From the NCBI GenBank assembly GCA_038242035.1, contig JBBSSN010000001.1:1-60930 (forward strand): a stretch of DNA of 60,930 nucleotides. The letters run 5' to 3'. The position numbers were made by a program, and so were the translations under genes. Origin of the DNA: Actinomycetales bacterium (lineage in GTDB: Bacteria; Actinomycetota; Actinomycetes; Actinomycetales; Micrococcaceae). Below the pieces are notes generated by a model that saw only the letters and a list, made by a program, of their open reading frames with translations, had not been told where the DNA came from and did not search any database. Of the stretch, positions 23,406 through 33,374 are shown one piece after another. Position 1 is the stretch's first letter. Every line of letters starts with the position of its first letter.

Positions 23406-23474
23406 CAGTGGCACCGGATGGCGTTGTGGTGGGCGCATGACGGAGGAGCCGTGGGAGGTGCCGTGGAAATGGTT

Positions 23475-23573
23475 TTTACACTCCGCAACGAATGACGCGG
23501 GTCAGCGTCGATGTGGAGAGCACATTGGCACCAGAGGTCCCTACAGCACCAGCATGAGGCGCAGAGTGCAAAT
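23475..23573. repeat. ~100-bp inverted-repeat element (copy 2, degenerate right arm)
   Basis: TTTACACTCCGCAACG 23475-23490 identical to 22421-22436; right arm GGCGCAGAGTGCAAA matches 11/15; same CAGCAT-N14-AAAT end and nearly the same length as copy 1. Confidence 0.75.
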
Positions 23574-23699
23574 CAGCACCCGCAGCGGGACTCCCGGGGC
23601 GCAAGTTGCCCGCGTCACAGGACCGTCTAGACTCGTTGCAAGAGCTCAACGGAGTGCTCGGCATCCCTGACCACTCCTCCCAAAGGACTCCAGCCACAC

Positions 23700-24725
23700 A
23701 TGAAAATCGGAATTCTCACCAGCGGCGGCGACTGCCCCGGCCTGAACGCGGTCATCCGTGGTGCGGTGCTCAAGGGCATCAAGATCCACGGGCAGGAGTT
23801 CGTGGGATTCCGCGACGGCTGGCGCGGCGTTGTCGAGGGCGACATCATGGATCTGCCGCGGCAAAGCGTGCGCGGCATTTCCAAACAGGGCGGCACCATT
23901 TTGGGCACCTCGCGGACCAATCCGTTTGATGGTAACGGCGGCCCGGATGTCATTAAGGCGCACATGGACAGGATGGGCATCGACGCCATCATCGCGATCG
24001 GCGGCGAGGGCACCCTGGCCGCCGCCAAGCGACTCACCGACGCCGGCCTGAAGATCGTCGGCGTGCCCAAAACGGTTGACAATGACCTGGACGCCACGGA
24101 CTACACCTTCGGCTTCGACACCGCAGTCCAAATCGCGACGGAGGCAATCGACAGGCTCCGCACCACCGGAGAATCCCATCATCGCTGCATGATTGCCGAG
24201 GTGATGGGCCGCCATGTGGGCTGGATTGCGCTGCACGCGGGCATGGCCTCCGGCGCTCACGCCATCCTCATCCCCGAACAGCCCATCAGCATTGAACAGA
24301 TCACAGCCTGGGTCGATGAAGCCCATGAACGAGGCAGGGCACCATTGGTTGTCGTGGCGGAGGGCTTCGTCACCGCCGACATGGAGTCACCGCATTCGGA
24401 GCGTGGTCTGGACACCTTCGGCCGGCCCCGGCTGGGCGGAATCGCCGATCAGCTGGCCCCGGCGATCGAGGAACGGACCGGAATTGAAACCAGGGCCACC
24501 ATCCTCGGGCACATTCAGCGCGGCGGGGTACCCTCGGCCTTTGACCGCGTCCTGGCCACCCGGCTGGGCATGGCGGCCATTGATTCGGTGGTGGAAGGCA
24601 TGTGGGGAACCATGGTGTCCCTCACCGGCACCGAGATTGACCACGTCCCGTTCGACAAGGCGCTGGGCAACCTGAAGACCGTTCCGCAACATCGCTACGA
24701 CGAGGCCGCGATCCTCTTCGGCTGA
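23700..24725 (+). CDS. pfkA: 6-phosphofructokinase (probably ATP-dependent)
   Basis: TSGGDCPG, GGTILGTSR, GGEGT, PKTVDND, EVMGR, LGHIQRGG. Confidence 0.96.
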   Translation: MKIGILTSGGDCPGLNAVIRGAVLKGIKIHGQEFVGFRDGWRGVVEGDIMDLPRQSVRGISKQGGTILGTSRTNPFDGNGGPDVIKAHMDRMGIDAIIAIGGEGTLAAAKRLTDAGLKIVGVPKTVDNDLDATDYTFGFDTAVQIATEAIDRLRTTGESHHRCMIAEVMGRHVGWIALHAGMASGAHAILIPEQPISIEQITAWVDEAHERGRAPLVVVAEGFVTADMESPHSERGLDTFGRPRLGGIADQLAPAIEERTGIETRATILGHIQRGGVPSAFDRVLATRLGMAAIDSVVEGMWGTMVSLTGTEIDHVPFDKALGNLKTVPQHRYDEAAILFG

Positions 24726-24771
24726 TTCCGCTCGATGCCAACCGGATGGCCGTGGCGGTAGCGTTGGGGGC

Positions 24772-25488
24772 ATGAGCATTGACGAGGGCAGTATCCCGAT
24801 CGTGCAGCTGGCATGGGAACGCCGGCTTGGCTTGCCCGACGGCGCCATCGGCAGCACCGCGTCCGGCACGGGGAGCAGCACCGACAGACTGGTCAAGCCC
24901 GACGACGCCGCCGTCACCATGAGCTTCATCCGGCTCTGGGGCCGCTCGGTGCTCGTCGGCCCAAGCTGGGCCATCGAGGCTGCCTCCGGCGTCACCGATG
25001 CCGAGCTCACGGACCACAGCACCCTGCTCGGGTTGACCCGCGCCCACGGCGGGCACGGACTGGGGACAGCATCGCTGTATTTTGCCGATGACCTCCCGCT
25101 GGTCCAGCCCGCCGCTGAACTCACTGTCTCGACCGGTAATCCGGCGGCCGTCCGCCTCGAATCGAATTGTCCTCCCGATGACGTCAATGAGGTAGGGCTG
25201 GCCGCCATGGAACAAAAATTCACGCTCCTGCAGGCAGAGACTGCGGTGGCCTGCGGCGCGTATGCGCAATGGCAGGGTCTGCTGGCCCGCCTCGGGGTTC
25301 TGGTGAGCCCGGACCGGCGCCGGCAGGGGTGGGGCCAGCTGGCTGCTTCGGTTGCGGCGCACGAGGCACTGGCCTCCGGACTGATCCTGCATTGGCGGGC
25401 CGATGTCAGCAACTTCGCCGCAAATGCCCTGGCCCGCTCGCTCGGGTTGGAGTGGGCCGGGACTCAGACCTCGGTGCGTTTAGGCTAG
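24772..25488 (+). CDS. GNAT-fold protein
   Basis: C-terminal VSPDRRRQGWG motif A and N...ALARSLG; TAGCGT -10 7 nt before ATG (leaderless). Confidence 0.75.
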   Translation: MSIDEGSIPIVQLAWERRLGLPDGAIGSTASGTGSSTDRLVKPDDAAVTMSFIRLWGRSVLVGPSWAIEAASGVTDAELTDHSTLLGLTRAHGGHGLGTASLYFADDLPLVQPAAELTVSTGNPAAVRLESNCPPDDVNEVGLAAMEQKFTLLQAETAVACGAYAQWQGLLARLGVLVSPDRRRQGWGQLAASVAAHEALASGLILHWRADVSNFAANALARSLGLEWAGTQTSVRLG

Positions 25489-25512
25489 CCCCTGCGCCGG
25501 CAAGTCAGCCGT

Positions 25513-27063
25513 TCACCGGGCATCTACGGGAACGGCCACATGCCTCCCGCGCTCTGCAGGGCCGCCGTCGATCTTAGCTGGCGGCTGCTCGATTCCGCCG
25601 TTCCAGGTCCGGACCGGTGCCGGCTTGGCCAGGAAGATGGCCACCACCGCACCGATGATGACGACGGCAGCAGGGAGCATGATGGATTGGCCCATCGCGG
25701 TGGAGAATCCCGCATGCAGCGCCTGCGGCAGGGACCCGGCGAACTCCATGCTTTTGCTCTGCCCACCGGCCCCAGGCATCTTCGGCAGCTCTGCGGCCAA
25801 CCGCGCCTGCATCAGGGCCGCGATGGCGGCGCTGCCCAAGACGGCGCCAACCTGCCGGGTGGTGTTGTAGATCCCGGCCCCGGCACCGGCCTCGTGCGGC
25901 CCCAGGTTCCGAGTCGCCGTCGTCGACAGCGGCGCCCAGATACCCGCATTGGCCAGCCCCAGCACGGCGCTGGGCAGCAGGAACAGCCAGATGGACGTCG
26001 CCGGAGACATCAGGGCTGCGTTCCAGAACAGCGCAACGGCCATCAGCGCCAGTCCGGTGGACGCGATGAACTTGGGGTTCACCCTGTCCACGAGCTTGCC
26101 GACCACCGGGGCAAGGCCGCCGGAAATGAGTGCCATCGGGACCAGCATCAGGGCCGATTGCGTTGGGGTCATCCCGCGGACCAGCTGGTAGTAGAAAATC
26201 AGCGGCAGGCTCATGGCGGTAATACTGAAGCCCACGGTCGTGATCGCGATATTGGCGAGCGAGAAATTGCGTTCGCGGAACAGGGACAGCGGAATCAGGG
26301 GTTCTCCCCTGTTGACCGCCTGCCATATCACGAAGGTCACCAGCACGGCGATGCCCGTGATGATCAGACCCCAAACGCTGATGACGCCGGTGATGTTCCC
26401 CCAGTTATACGTGCTGCCTTCCTGGATCCCGAAAACCAGCAGGAACATGCCGACGGCGCTGAGCAGGACGCCGATAATGTCAAACTTGTGCGGGTGGGTG
26501 GCCAGCGTCGGAACGAGCCGCCAGGCCAGGATGAATCCGACGATGCCGATGGGGACGTTGATGATGAAGATCCATTCCCAGCCGAACCCGTCCACCAGCA
26601 CACCGCCCAGGATCGGACCCACCAGCGTCGCCACACCCGCGGTGGCGCCCCAAAGCCCCATCGCCTGTCCGCGTCGATCCGGCGGAAAAATCCGCGTGAT
26701 CACGGCCATCGTCTGCGGGGTCATCAGCGCCGCGCCGAGCCCCTGGACGGCCCGGGCTGTGATCAGCATGGTGATATCCCCCGACAGCCCGCACCACAGC
26801 GAGGCAAGGGTGAAGATCACCAGGCCGGACAGGTACAGGTTCCTGGGGCCGAACCTGTCCCCCAGCCGGCCGGTGATCAGCAACGGCACCGCGTACGCCA
26901 ACAGGTATGCACTTGTCACCCAAATGACCGAATTGATGTCTGCGTGCAGACCATCCATGATGGCGGGATTAGCCACCGAAACGATGGTGGTGTCGATCAG
27001 AATCATAAAGAAACCAATCACCAGCGACCACAGCGCCGGCCACGGCCGTTTGACGTTTTCCAA
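25513..27063 (-). CDS. DHA2 (EmrB/QacA) family MFS efflux transporter
   Basis: DTTIVSVA, GRLGDRFGPR, GPILGG, WIFIINVPIG; start TTG 27063 after AAGGAG (track start 27348 too long). Confidence 0.93.
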   Translation of the reverse strand: MENVKRPWPALWSLVIGFFMILIDTTIVSVANPAIMDGLHADINSVIWVTSAYLLAYAVPLLITGRLGDRFGPRNLYLSGLVIFTLASLWCGLSGDITMLITARAVQGLGAALMTPQTMAVITRIFPPDRRGQAMGLWGATAGVATLVGPILGGVLVDGFGWEWIFIINVPIGIVGFILAWRLVPTLATHPHKFDIIGVLLSAVGMFLLVFGIQEGSTYNWGNITGVISVWGLIITGIAVLVTFVIWQAVNRGEPLIPLSLFRERNFSLANIAITTVGFSITAMSLPLIFYYQLVRGMTPTQSALMLVPMALISGGLAPVVGKLVDRVNPKFIASTGLALMAVALFWNAALMSPATSIWLFLLPSAVLGLANAGIWAPLSTTATRNLGPHEAGAGAGIYNTTRQVGAVLGSAAIAALMQARLAAELPKMPGAGGQSKSMEFAGSLPQALHAGFSTAMGQSIMLPAAVVIIGAVVAIFLAKPAPVRTWNGGIEQPPAKIDGGPAERGRHVAVPVDAR

Positions 27064-27295
27064 TGTGCTCCTTGAAAAGGGACCTATCAGCCAAGGCTGG
27101 TAGGTCTGAATGTCGTTTTGCAGACCGCGGACCCAGGCAATTCCCGGAGCCGCTGTGCGAGCGTGTGCTGCCCTGCGGCGGCAGTCCTGTAGCTGGTGTG
27201 TTCGGGCCGGGTATCCTCCCGGCCGATTCCCGCGGCGTTCACCAACAGACGTGCGGACCAATCCACTGCTAAACACGCAGCGGATCCGCCGTTGA

Positions 27296-28405
27296 TTAGC
27301 GGGGCGCCCGAAGGAATCCGCTCTGCCGGCCGACAACCTGCCCGGCATCCGGGGCGACGATTATCTCCTGCAGCGCGACATAGTTTTCATCCGCATCGCA
27401 GACCGTCAGTTCCGCAGCGGGATCCACATTGCGCTTGATCACAGCGAGCGCAATCGGCCCCATCTCGAAGTGTTGGGCCACGGAGGTCACCGTGCCCACC
27501 TGTCGTCCATCCGCCTGCACCGGGCTGCCGGCGGCCGGCAGCGTGTGCTGCGAGCCATCCAGCTGCAGGAACACCAGGCGGCGGGGCGGATGCCCAAGGT
27601 TATGGACCCGGGCCACCGTTTCCTGGCCCTTGTAGCAGCCCTTGGACAAATGCACGGCCGTGCGCAGCAAATCCAGCTCGTGCGGAATCGTCTTCTCATC
27701 CGTCTCGGCCCCGAGCCGCGGCCGCCAGGCGGCGACCCGCAGCGCCTCCGCAGCCCACACCCCGGCAAGCGGCCGCTCGCCCACGGCAGTATCGAGTTCT
27801 GCCAGCGGAATCAGATATTCAAACCAGCTGCGGTCAAGGCCCGGATGGGACTCCTCCGGCACCGCGGTGTAGGCGAAGCCCCCGGGGGCGATGTGCGGCC
27901 AGGGATCCTGCCAGCAGAGCCGGCCGCTGAATTCCGGCACCGGATGAACCGACCCCAGCACGGCCCACTTCGCCGATACATCCGCCACTTCCACGCGCAG
28001 CATGAATTTCATGCCGGTCAGCCAGTCAGCCAACGGCGCGGCTTCTGCCGCTTCCACGATGAGCCAGGTGGTCCCGCCGTCGTCGAGCACCCGCGCGTCA
28101 TACTCGATTCTGCCGTGGATGCTCAGCAGCAACAGCTCTGTACTGGTCCCCGGAACCAGGCCCGTCAGCTGCTGGGAGGACAACGTGGTGAGCCAGCTCA
28201 AGCGGTCCGTGCCGGAGACCGTGACGACCCCGCGGTGCGAAAGGTCGACGACGGCGGCCAGGATCTGGCCCTGCACGGCGCCGTTGGTGCCGGCCAGCAG
28301 GCGTTGTTCCCGAAAAGGGTCACCGTAGTGGGCGGCGACCCCGGCATCCAAGCCACCGGCCGCAACGGCACCCGGGCGCCGCAAGAGTGTGCTGTTATAC
28401 GTCAT
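27296..28405 (-). CDS. ygfZ: YgfZ/GcvT-like folate-binding protein
   Basis: KGCYKGQE signature; HYGDP, DLSHRGV. Confidence 0.93.
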   Translation of the reverse strand: MTYNSTLLRRPGAVAAGGLDAGVAAHYGDPFREQRLLAGTNGAVQGQILAAVVDLSHRGVVTVSGTDRLSWLTTLSSQQLTGLVPGTSTELLLLSIHGRIEYDARVLDDGGTTWLIVEAAEAAPLADWLTGMKFMLRVEVADVSAKWAVLGSVHPVPEFSGRLCWQDPWPHIAPGGFAYTAVPEESHPGLDRSWFEYLIPLAELDTAVGERPLAGVWAAEALRVAAWRPRLGAETDEKTIPHELDLLRTAVHLSKGCYKGQETVARVHNLGHPPRRLVFLQLDGSQHTLPAAGSPVQADGRQVGTVTSVAQHFEMGPIALAVIKRNVDPAAELTVCDADENYVALQEIIVAPDAGQVVGRQSGFLRAPR

Positions 28406-28474
28406 GCTGATGCAACGCCTTTTCGCGGGACGGTATTCCTGCCGGTGCCGACGTATGGTTGCTGCAGCGTGGGG

Positions 28475-29074
28475 CTAAGCCACCCGCTGCAGAATTGCCG
28501 AGGCATGCGCCGCCATGGCTTTGCCCTGCGCGGCCACGTCCCAGCGCCAGAACAGTTCGCCGTTGACCAGCCCGAACATTCTGCTGGCTGCCGTGTAGTC
28601 CTTGGAGCCGGCGCCGCGCAGAACGGCGTCAGTGGCCAAATGGACCTGCGGTCCTTTGATTTGGCCATAGTAGAGTTCGGCGATTCCACCGGGATGAATC
28701 ATGTTCACCACGATGTCAAAGCCGCCGTCCGCGTTGCGCAGCTTCTCCACCTCGTCCGCGGTCGTCAGTGCGGGGACGATGTCCGCCGGAATCAAGCCGG
28801 GACCGCCGTCGGCATCGTTAAGCGCCCGGTCCATGGACCAAAAACCGGTCTCGACCGAAAGCGGCCGCAGCTCCATGCCGTCTTCGTCGGTGAGCCAGCT
28901 GCGGGCGGTGTACTGCAGATAGGGCAGGCCGTTGGTTTCAAACGTCACCAGCTGGGAAAAATGTGCCGAATCTGCCTCCCCGGCACCGAGACGGCCGCTG
29001 CCCCGCCACTGCCCCATGAGCCAGGAAAGCGGCACCAGCTCCGGGGTAAGGTCGGTAGGAATCTCGATCGGCAT
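28475..29074 (-). CDS. Nitrobindin/FABP-like beta-barrel protein (DUF1794)
   Basis: LVPLSWLMGQWRG, ETGFW, C-terminal His (AHASAIL); neighbours ygfZ and glnR as in mycobacteria. Confidence 0.85.
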   Translation of the reverse strand: MPIEIPTDLTPELVPLSWLMGQWRGSGRLGAGEADSAHFSQLVTFETNGLPYLQYTARSWLTDEDGMELRPLSVETGFWSMDRALNDADGGPGLIPADIVPALTTADEVEKLRNADGGFDIVVNMIHPGGIAELYYGQIKGPQVHLATDAVLRGAGSKDYTAASRMFGLVNGELFWRWDVAAQGKAMAAHASAILQRVA

Positions 29075-29086
29075 CGCGCGTATTCC

Positions 29087-29200
29087 CTACTGCTGGCCCT
29101 TGAAAAGCCGCCAGATCACCAGAAAAGCGAACCACGCCATGGACACGCCGGCGACAACCAGCAGACAAATAAAGAAGATTTCCAAACCCAGTGTCGACAT
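29087..29200 (-). CDS. 37-aa single-TM small protein (not in ORF track)
   Basis: MSTLGLEIFFICLLVVAGVSMAWFAFLVIWRLFKGQQ*; TAGGAT -10 6 nt before ATG; fills the intergenic gap. Confidence 0.75.
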   Translation of the reverse strand: MSTLGLEIFFICLLVVAGVSMAWFAFLVIWRLFKGQQ

Positions 29201-29229
29201 GACGCCATCCTATCGTGAAGTTTTGCGCG

Positions 29230-29964
29230 CTACGTTATCAGCAGCTTGTCGATGAAATACACCAGGGCTCCGAGGGCACCCAGCGGCGCAATCCCCATCG
29301 CAATGGCCCCCTGAACGTTCCGCGGCCGCCCGGCCGCAGTCCCCAGTCTGCGGAAGCTCATCAGCACCGCGGCAATGACCGCACCAATGATGGCGGCCTG
29401 CATAATGTGGATGTCTGAAAACAGCAGCGCTGCCAAGGGGCCGGCAAGGGCTGCCAGTATTATGGCCAGCGGTGCGATCACCCGATCGGGCCAGCGGATC
29501 ATCCCGATCAGCAACGCAACGAGCGCGCTGACACCGGCAATGAGTGTCATGGCCGTTTCCCCCGTGAACCGATGCGAAGCGATCCAGCCGGATCCCAGAC
29601 CTGCCAGCAGCACCCCGGCGCTGGCACCAAGGGTTGATTCCAATCGGTGGCTCTGTCCCGTCCCGCGGACCAGCTGGACCACGAACACGGCTCCAACACC
29701 GACGGCCAGAAAGACCGGAAGCCATCTGAGGTAGCCGGGCCCAGGAGTAAACGCGGCGGTTAAGGCAGCACACACGCCCGTGAGCGCAATCACGCATCCC
29801 AGCGTCTTCTTGGCGGGGATCCCCAGATAATGCGGCCAGCCGATGCCCAGAACGGCGGAGAGCACGATTCCGGTCGAGAGAGAGACGCCGAGCGATCCGT
29901 AAGAACCGGCGATAATGACGGCAAGGGCCACCACACCGGCGATGCTTATGGTCCAGGACTTCAC
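29230..29964 (-). CDS. Multi-pass membrane protein of unknown function
   Basis: Hydrophobic throughout from GTG 29964 ([10 protein letters not shown]); upstream part of track ORF looks non-coding. Confidence 0.75.
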   Translation of the reverse strand: MKSWTISIAGVVALAVIIAGSYGSLGVSLSTGIVLSAVLGIGWPHYLGIPAKKTLGCVIALTGVCAALTAAFTPGPGYLRWLPVFLAVGVGAVFVVQLVRGTGQSHRLESTLGASAGVLLAGLGSGWIASHRFTGETAMTLIAGVSALVALLIGMIRWPDRVIAPLAIILAALAGPLAALLFSDIHIMQAAIIGAVIAAVLMSFRRLGTAAGRPRNVQGAIAMGIAPLGALGALVYFIDKLLIT

Positions 29965-30197
29965 CGGCTTGTCCCGTTTATGCTTTTCCCATTCGTGCCA
30001 TTCGCGCCCACGCCGTTCGTATTCACAATCCAATCCTGCCCTATACCGGAGCCCTCTGTGCGATCCGGGTCGCATTCTGTGCAGCTGACCGCCCTCGCGT
30101 GCGTTGCCCGTACAATAAAAATCATCTTGTGCCGCACCATTCGCTTGTTCGGTGCGGAAAACGCCCGATGACGCGCGCAATGCTCAGTGGAGGAAGC

Positions 30198-30896
30198 ATG
30201 TCGCAGATTCTGTTATTAACCAACAGCACCGGATCGTCGGTGGATATTCTGCCTGCCCTTGAATTGCTCAGCCACCGGGTGCATATCCTGCCCGCCCTTC
30301 CCACAGCCCTGCTGGATGCCGAACCCTGCGACGTCATCATGCTCGATGCACGTAAGGACCTGTCGGGCTCACGGTCCCTGACTGCGCTGCTGCGGGCCAC
30401 CGGTCTTGGGGCGCCGCTGATCCTTATTCTCACCGAGGGCGGCATGGCCGCAATTTCCGCGACCTGGGCCGCGGACGATATTGTGCTCGATTCCGCCGGC
30501 CCAGCCGAAGTCGAGGCGAGACTTCGGCTGGCCATGGCAGGGACTGCACCGGCAGATGAAAACGTCCCCGCCGAAACCCGTGCCGCCGGCGTGGTCATCG
30601 ATGAAAGCAGCTACACCGCCCGGGTCAATGGGGACGTACTGAACCTCACCTACAAGGAGTTTGAGCTGCTCAAGTATCTGGCTCAACATCCGGGCCGCGT
30701 TTTCACCCGCTCGCAGCTGCTCAACGAGGTATGGGGATATGACTATTACGGCGGGACGCGGACCGTCGATGTGCATGTCCGCCGACTGCGGGCGAAACTC
30801 GGATCTGACCATGAGAACCTGATCGGCACGGTGCGCAATGTCGGCTATCGGCTCACCGTGAATAGAATGCCGACGGGCGAACTCGCCGGGGCATGA
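30198..30896 (+). CDS. glnR: Orphan OmpR-family nitrogen regulator GlnR
   Basis: Atypical receiver ([27 protein letters not shown]) and wHTH ([33 protein letters not shown]); GGAGG SD; synteny with ygfZ/FABP/mshD. Confidence 0.88.
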   Translation: MSQILLLTNSTGSSVDILPALELLSHRVHILPALPTALLDAEPCDVIMLDARKDLSGSRSLTALLRATGLGAPLILILTEGGMAAISATWAADDIVLDSAGPAEVEARLRLAMAGTAPADENVPAETRAAGVVIDESSYTARVNGDVLNLTYKEFELLKYLAQHPGRVFTRSQLLNEVWGYDYYGGTRTVDVHVRRLRAKLGSDHENLIGTVRNVGYRLTVNRMPTGELAGA

Positions 30897-30957
30897 GGTC
30901 ACCGCGGAGCCGGCCGCCCGCCGTCGCACTTCTTACCCTCCGCACCTCTGGAAGACG

Positions 30958-32367
30958 CTAGGCATTGAGAAGGTCCCTGTTCTTGTCCCCCTTGTCGTCG
31001 TCGTCGTCCTTGCGTTCCAGCGACCAGGCGTCGCCCTGCTCGCGGTCCAGGTGCGTGACCTTTTTGTTCCGCAGCGCGAAGATGTAGACCAGCAACGAGA
31101 TGCCGATCGCCACGGTCACGTAGGTGAAGAACAGGTCCACCTGACCGACCTTCTGCAGCGCTGCACCGATCAGCGGAACCGTGCCGCCGAAGAGCGAGTT
31201 GGCGATCGCGTAACCCAGCCCGACGCCGAGCGCGCGAATGGAAGCGGGGAACAGTTCGGCCTTGACGAGGGCATTGATCGAGGTGTAACCGCCCACGATC
31301 AGCAGACCGCCCATCATGAGCAGGAAGGCGATCAAGGGATCCTTCGTACCGGCCAGGGCGGAGAGCAGCGGCCAGGTGAAGAGAACACCGGTGATACCGA
31401 ACCACAACAGCAGCGGCTTGCGCCCCACCTTGTCGGAGATCATCCCGTAGACCGGCTGGAGCAGCATAAAGATAAACAGCGCCCAGAAGTTGATGACCGA
31501 GGTGTCAGTCTTGGCGATGCCTGACGTATCGTTCATGAACTTCAGGATGAAGTTCGTGTAGGTGTAGAACGCCACCGTTCCGCCGAGCGTGACGCCGATG
31601 CAGATCAGCAACGGCTTCCAGTGCTGCGTGAGCAGCAGCTTCATGGTGCCGGGCCGCGCTGTGCCGGCCACGACGGGTGCCTTGGCAGCCTCGACCTGCT
31701 CCACGGATACCGTTTCTTCCATCGAGCGCCGTAGCCACAGGACCACCAGCGCCGCGACGCCACCGATCGCGAACGGGATGCGCCAGCCCCACTCGGTCAG
31801 GTCTCCCTTCGGGATAGCATTCTGCAGGATGACCAGTACCAGCAGAGCCAACATCTGCCCGCCGATCAGCGTGACGTACTGGAAACTGGAGAAGAAACCG
31901 CGGCGCTTGGACGTCGCGGCCTCGGACATGTAGGTGGCGCTGGTGCCGTATTCGCCGCCGACGGAGAAACCCTGCAGCACCCGGATGGCGACCAGCAGAA
32001 TCAACGCCCAGATGCCGATGGCATCCTGCGTCGGCAGGATAGCGGTGGCGAAGGAGCCCGCGGACATCAGCGTCACGCTCAGCGTGAGGGCGGCCTTGCG
32101 GCCCTTGCGGTCGGCATAACGGCCGAAGAACCAGGCTCCGATCGGGCGCATCAGGAACGACGTCGAGAAAACGGCCATCGCTTCAAGACCCGCCTGGAGA
32201 TCGTCCGTGGAGTTGAAGAAGTGGGATTGGAAATACGCTGCGAACACCGTGTAGGTGTAAAGGTCGTACCACTCCACGAGGTTGCCGGCTGAGCCCTTGA
32301 GGATGTTGCCCACCGCCTTGCGGGTCTGGGCTGCCTCGCTCAGGGGCGTGGCGTACTGGTTGCTCAT
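30958..32367 (-). CDS. MHS-family metabolite:H+ symporter (KgtP/PcaT-like)
   Basis: GNLVEWYD, FLMRPIG, DRKGRK, QGFSVGGEYG, WGWRIPF, ELFPASIR. Confidence 0.92.
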   Translation of the reverse strand: MSNQYATPLSEAAQTRKAVGNILKGSAGNLVEWYDLYTYTVFAAYFQSHFFNSTDDLQAGLEAMAVFSTSFLMRPIGAWFFGRYADRKGRKAALTLSVTLMSAGSFATAILPTQDAIGIWALILLVAIRVLQGFSVGGEYGTSATYMSEAATSKRRGFFSSFQYVTLIGGQMLALLVLVILQNAIPKGDLTEWGWRIPFAIGGVAALVVLWLRRSMEETVSVEQVEAAKAPVVAGTARPGTMKLLLTQHWKPLLICIGVTLGGTVAFYTYTNFILKFMNDTSGIAKTDTSVINFWALFIFMLLQPVYGMISDKVGRKPLLLWFGITGVLFTWPLLSALAGTKDPLIAFLLMMGGLLIVGGYTSINALVKAELFPASIRALGVGLGYAIANSLFGGTVPLIGAALQKVGQVDLFFTYVTVAIGISLLVYIFALRNKKVTHLDREQGDAWSLERKDDDDDKGDKNRDLLNA

Positions 32368-32449
32368 CGATGAGCCTTCCTTGGTGGCGCTGCCACCGGT
32401 AACAGTTCCGGGCCTACATTCGGGGTTGTCCGTGGCAGCATTGCCACGG

Positions 32450-32477
32450 TTCGTCTTCGTCTTCGTCTTCGTCTTCG
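32450..32477. repeat. (TTCGTC)4+ microsatellite
   Basis: 4.7 perfect hexamer copies directly after hairpin CCGTGGCA-gcat-TGCCACGG (32430-32449). Confidence 0.9.
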
Positions 32478-32514
32478 AAATTGACGGTCCTTGAAAAAGC
32501 CGAGGACCTCACCC

Positions 32515-32574
32515 AAGCTATTCGTGATCCACGGCACAACCAACGCCGCACGGAATTCCTAACACTTCCTTAGG
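32515..32574 (-). promoter_or_regulatory. Putative MHS promoter: TAGCTT -10, CRP/GlxR-like site and 10-bp-spaced direct repeat
   Basis: AAGCTA 32515-32520; CGTGA-N6-GCACA 32523-32538; TTCCTAA/TTCCTTA at 32556 and 32566 (OmpR-type spacing). Confidence 0.4.
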
Positions 32575-32705
32575 TTTCAGCCCCGGTCATCGACGGCAAT
32601 AGGCTCAGTCCGGACCTTATGCATGCGTCGAAAACGTGCGCGACGGGGTAACCTCCAATGCGGACGCCCGGATGCAAGTGTTCCGTCAACGAAAGGGACC
32701 TAAGG

Positions 32706-33374
32706 ATGGAAGTGCTCATCGTCGAGGACGACGACGCTATGGCGTCCGCGCTCTCCGCAGCTGTCATCTCTGCCGGGCATAAGGCAACCAGTGTGTCCCG
32801 TGGGGCTGACGCGCTCCTGGCCCATCGCAGGTTCGAGATCATTCTGCTGGACCTGGGACTGCCGGATCTCGATGGCCTCGACGTGCTGCGTAAGCTCCGC
32901 CAGGTCACACGGTGCCCCATTCTCATCCTCACCGCCCGCGACGATGAGCGCAGTGTGGTCCTTGGGCTGCGGTCAGGGGCCGATGACTACCTGGTCAAGC
33001 CGGTAAAACTGATCGAATTACTCGCCCGCATCGAAGCTGTCACCAGACGCGCAGGCCGTCCCCACGGCAATAGGCCACGACGCATCGTGTTGGGGGATCT
33101 CGAGGTCGATCCGGACCGACGCGTAGCGGCCCTCGGTTCCCGGACTTTGCCGCTAACCGCCACCGAGTTCGATCTCCTGGCGCTCCTGGCCCGGCAGGCC
33201 GGTTCGGTAGTAACCCGGGAACGAATCCTCGACGCGCTGTGGGGTGATGCCTTTGTCGCGTCGTCAAGATCCCTTGACGTGCACCTGACGGGTCTCAGGG
33301 CAAAACTTCAGCTGCCCGGCTTCATCGTCAATGTCCGCGGCGTTGGCTACCGGATTGAGGCGGATCCTGCGTGA
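32706..33374 (+). CDS. OmpR-family response regulator
   Basis: VEDD, LLDLGLPDLDG, GADDYLVKP, wHTH NVRGVGY; stop overlaps kinase start (GTGA). Confidence 0.95.
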   Translation: MEVLIVEDDDAMASALSAAVISAGHKATSVSRGADALLAHRRFEIILLDLGLPDLDGLDVLRKLRQVTRCPILILTARDDERSVVLGLRSGADDYLVKPVKLIELLARIEAVTRRAGRPHGNRPRRIVLGDLEVDPDRRVAALGSRTLPLTATEFDLLALLARQAGSVVTRERILDALWGDAFVASSRSLDVHLTGLRAKLQLPGFIVNVRGVGYRIEADPA

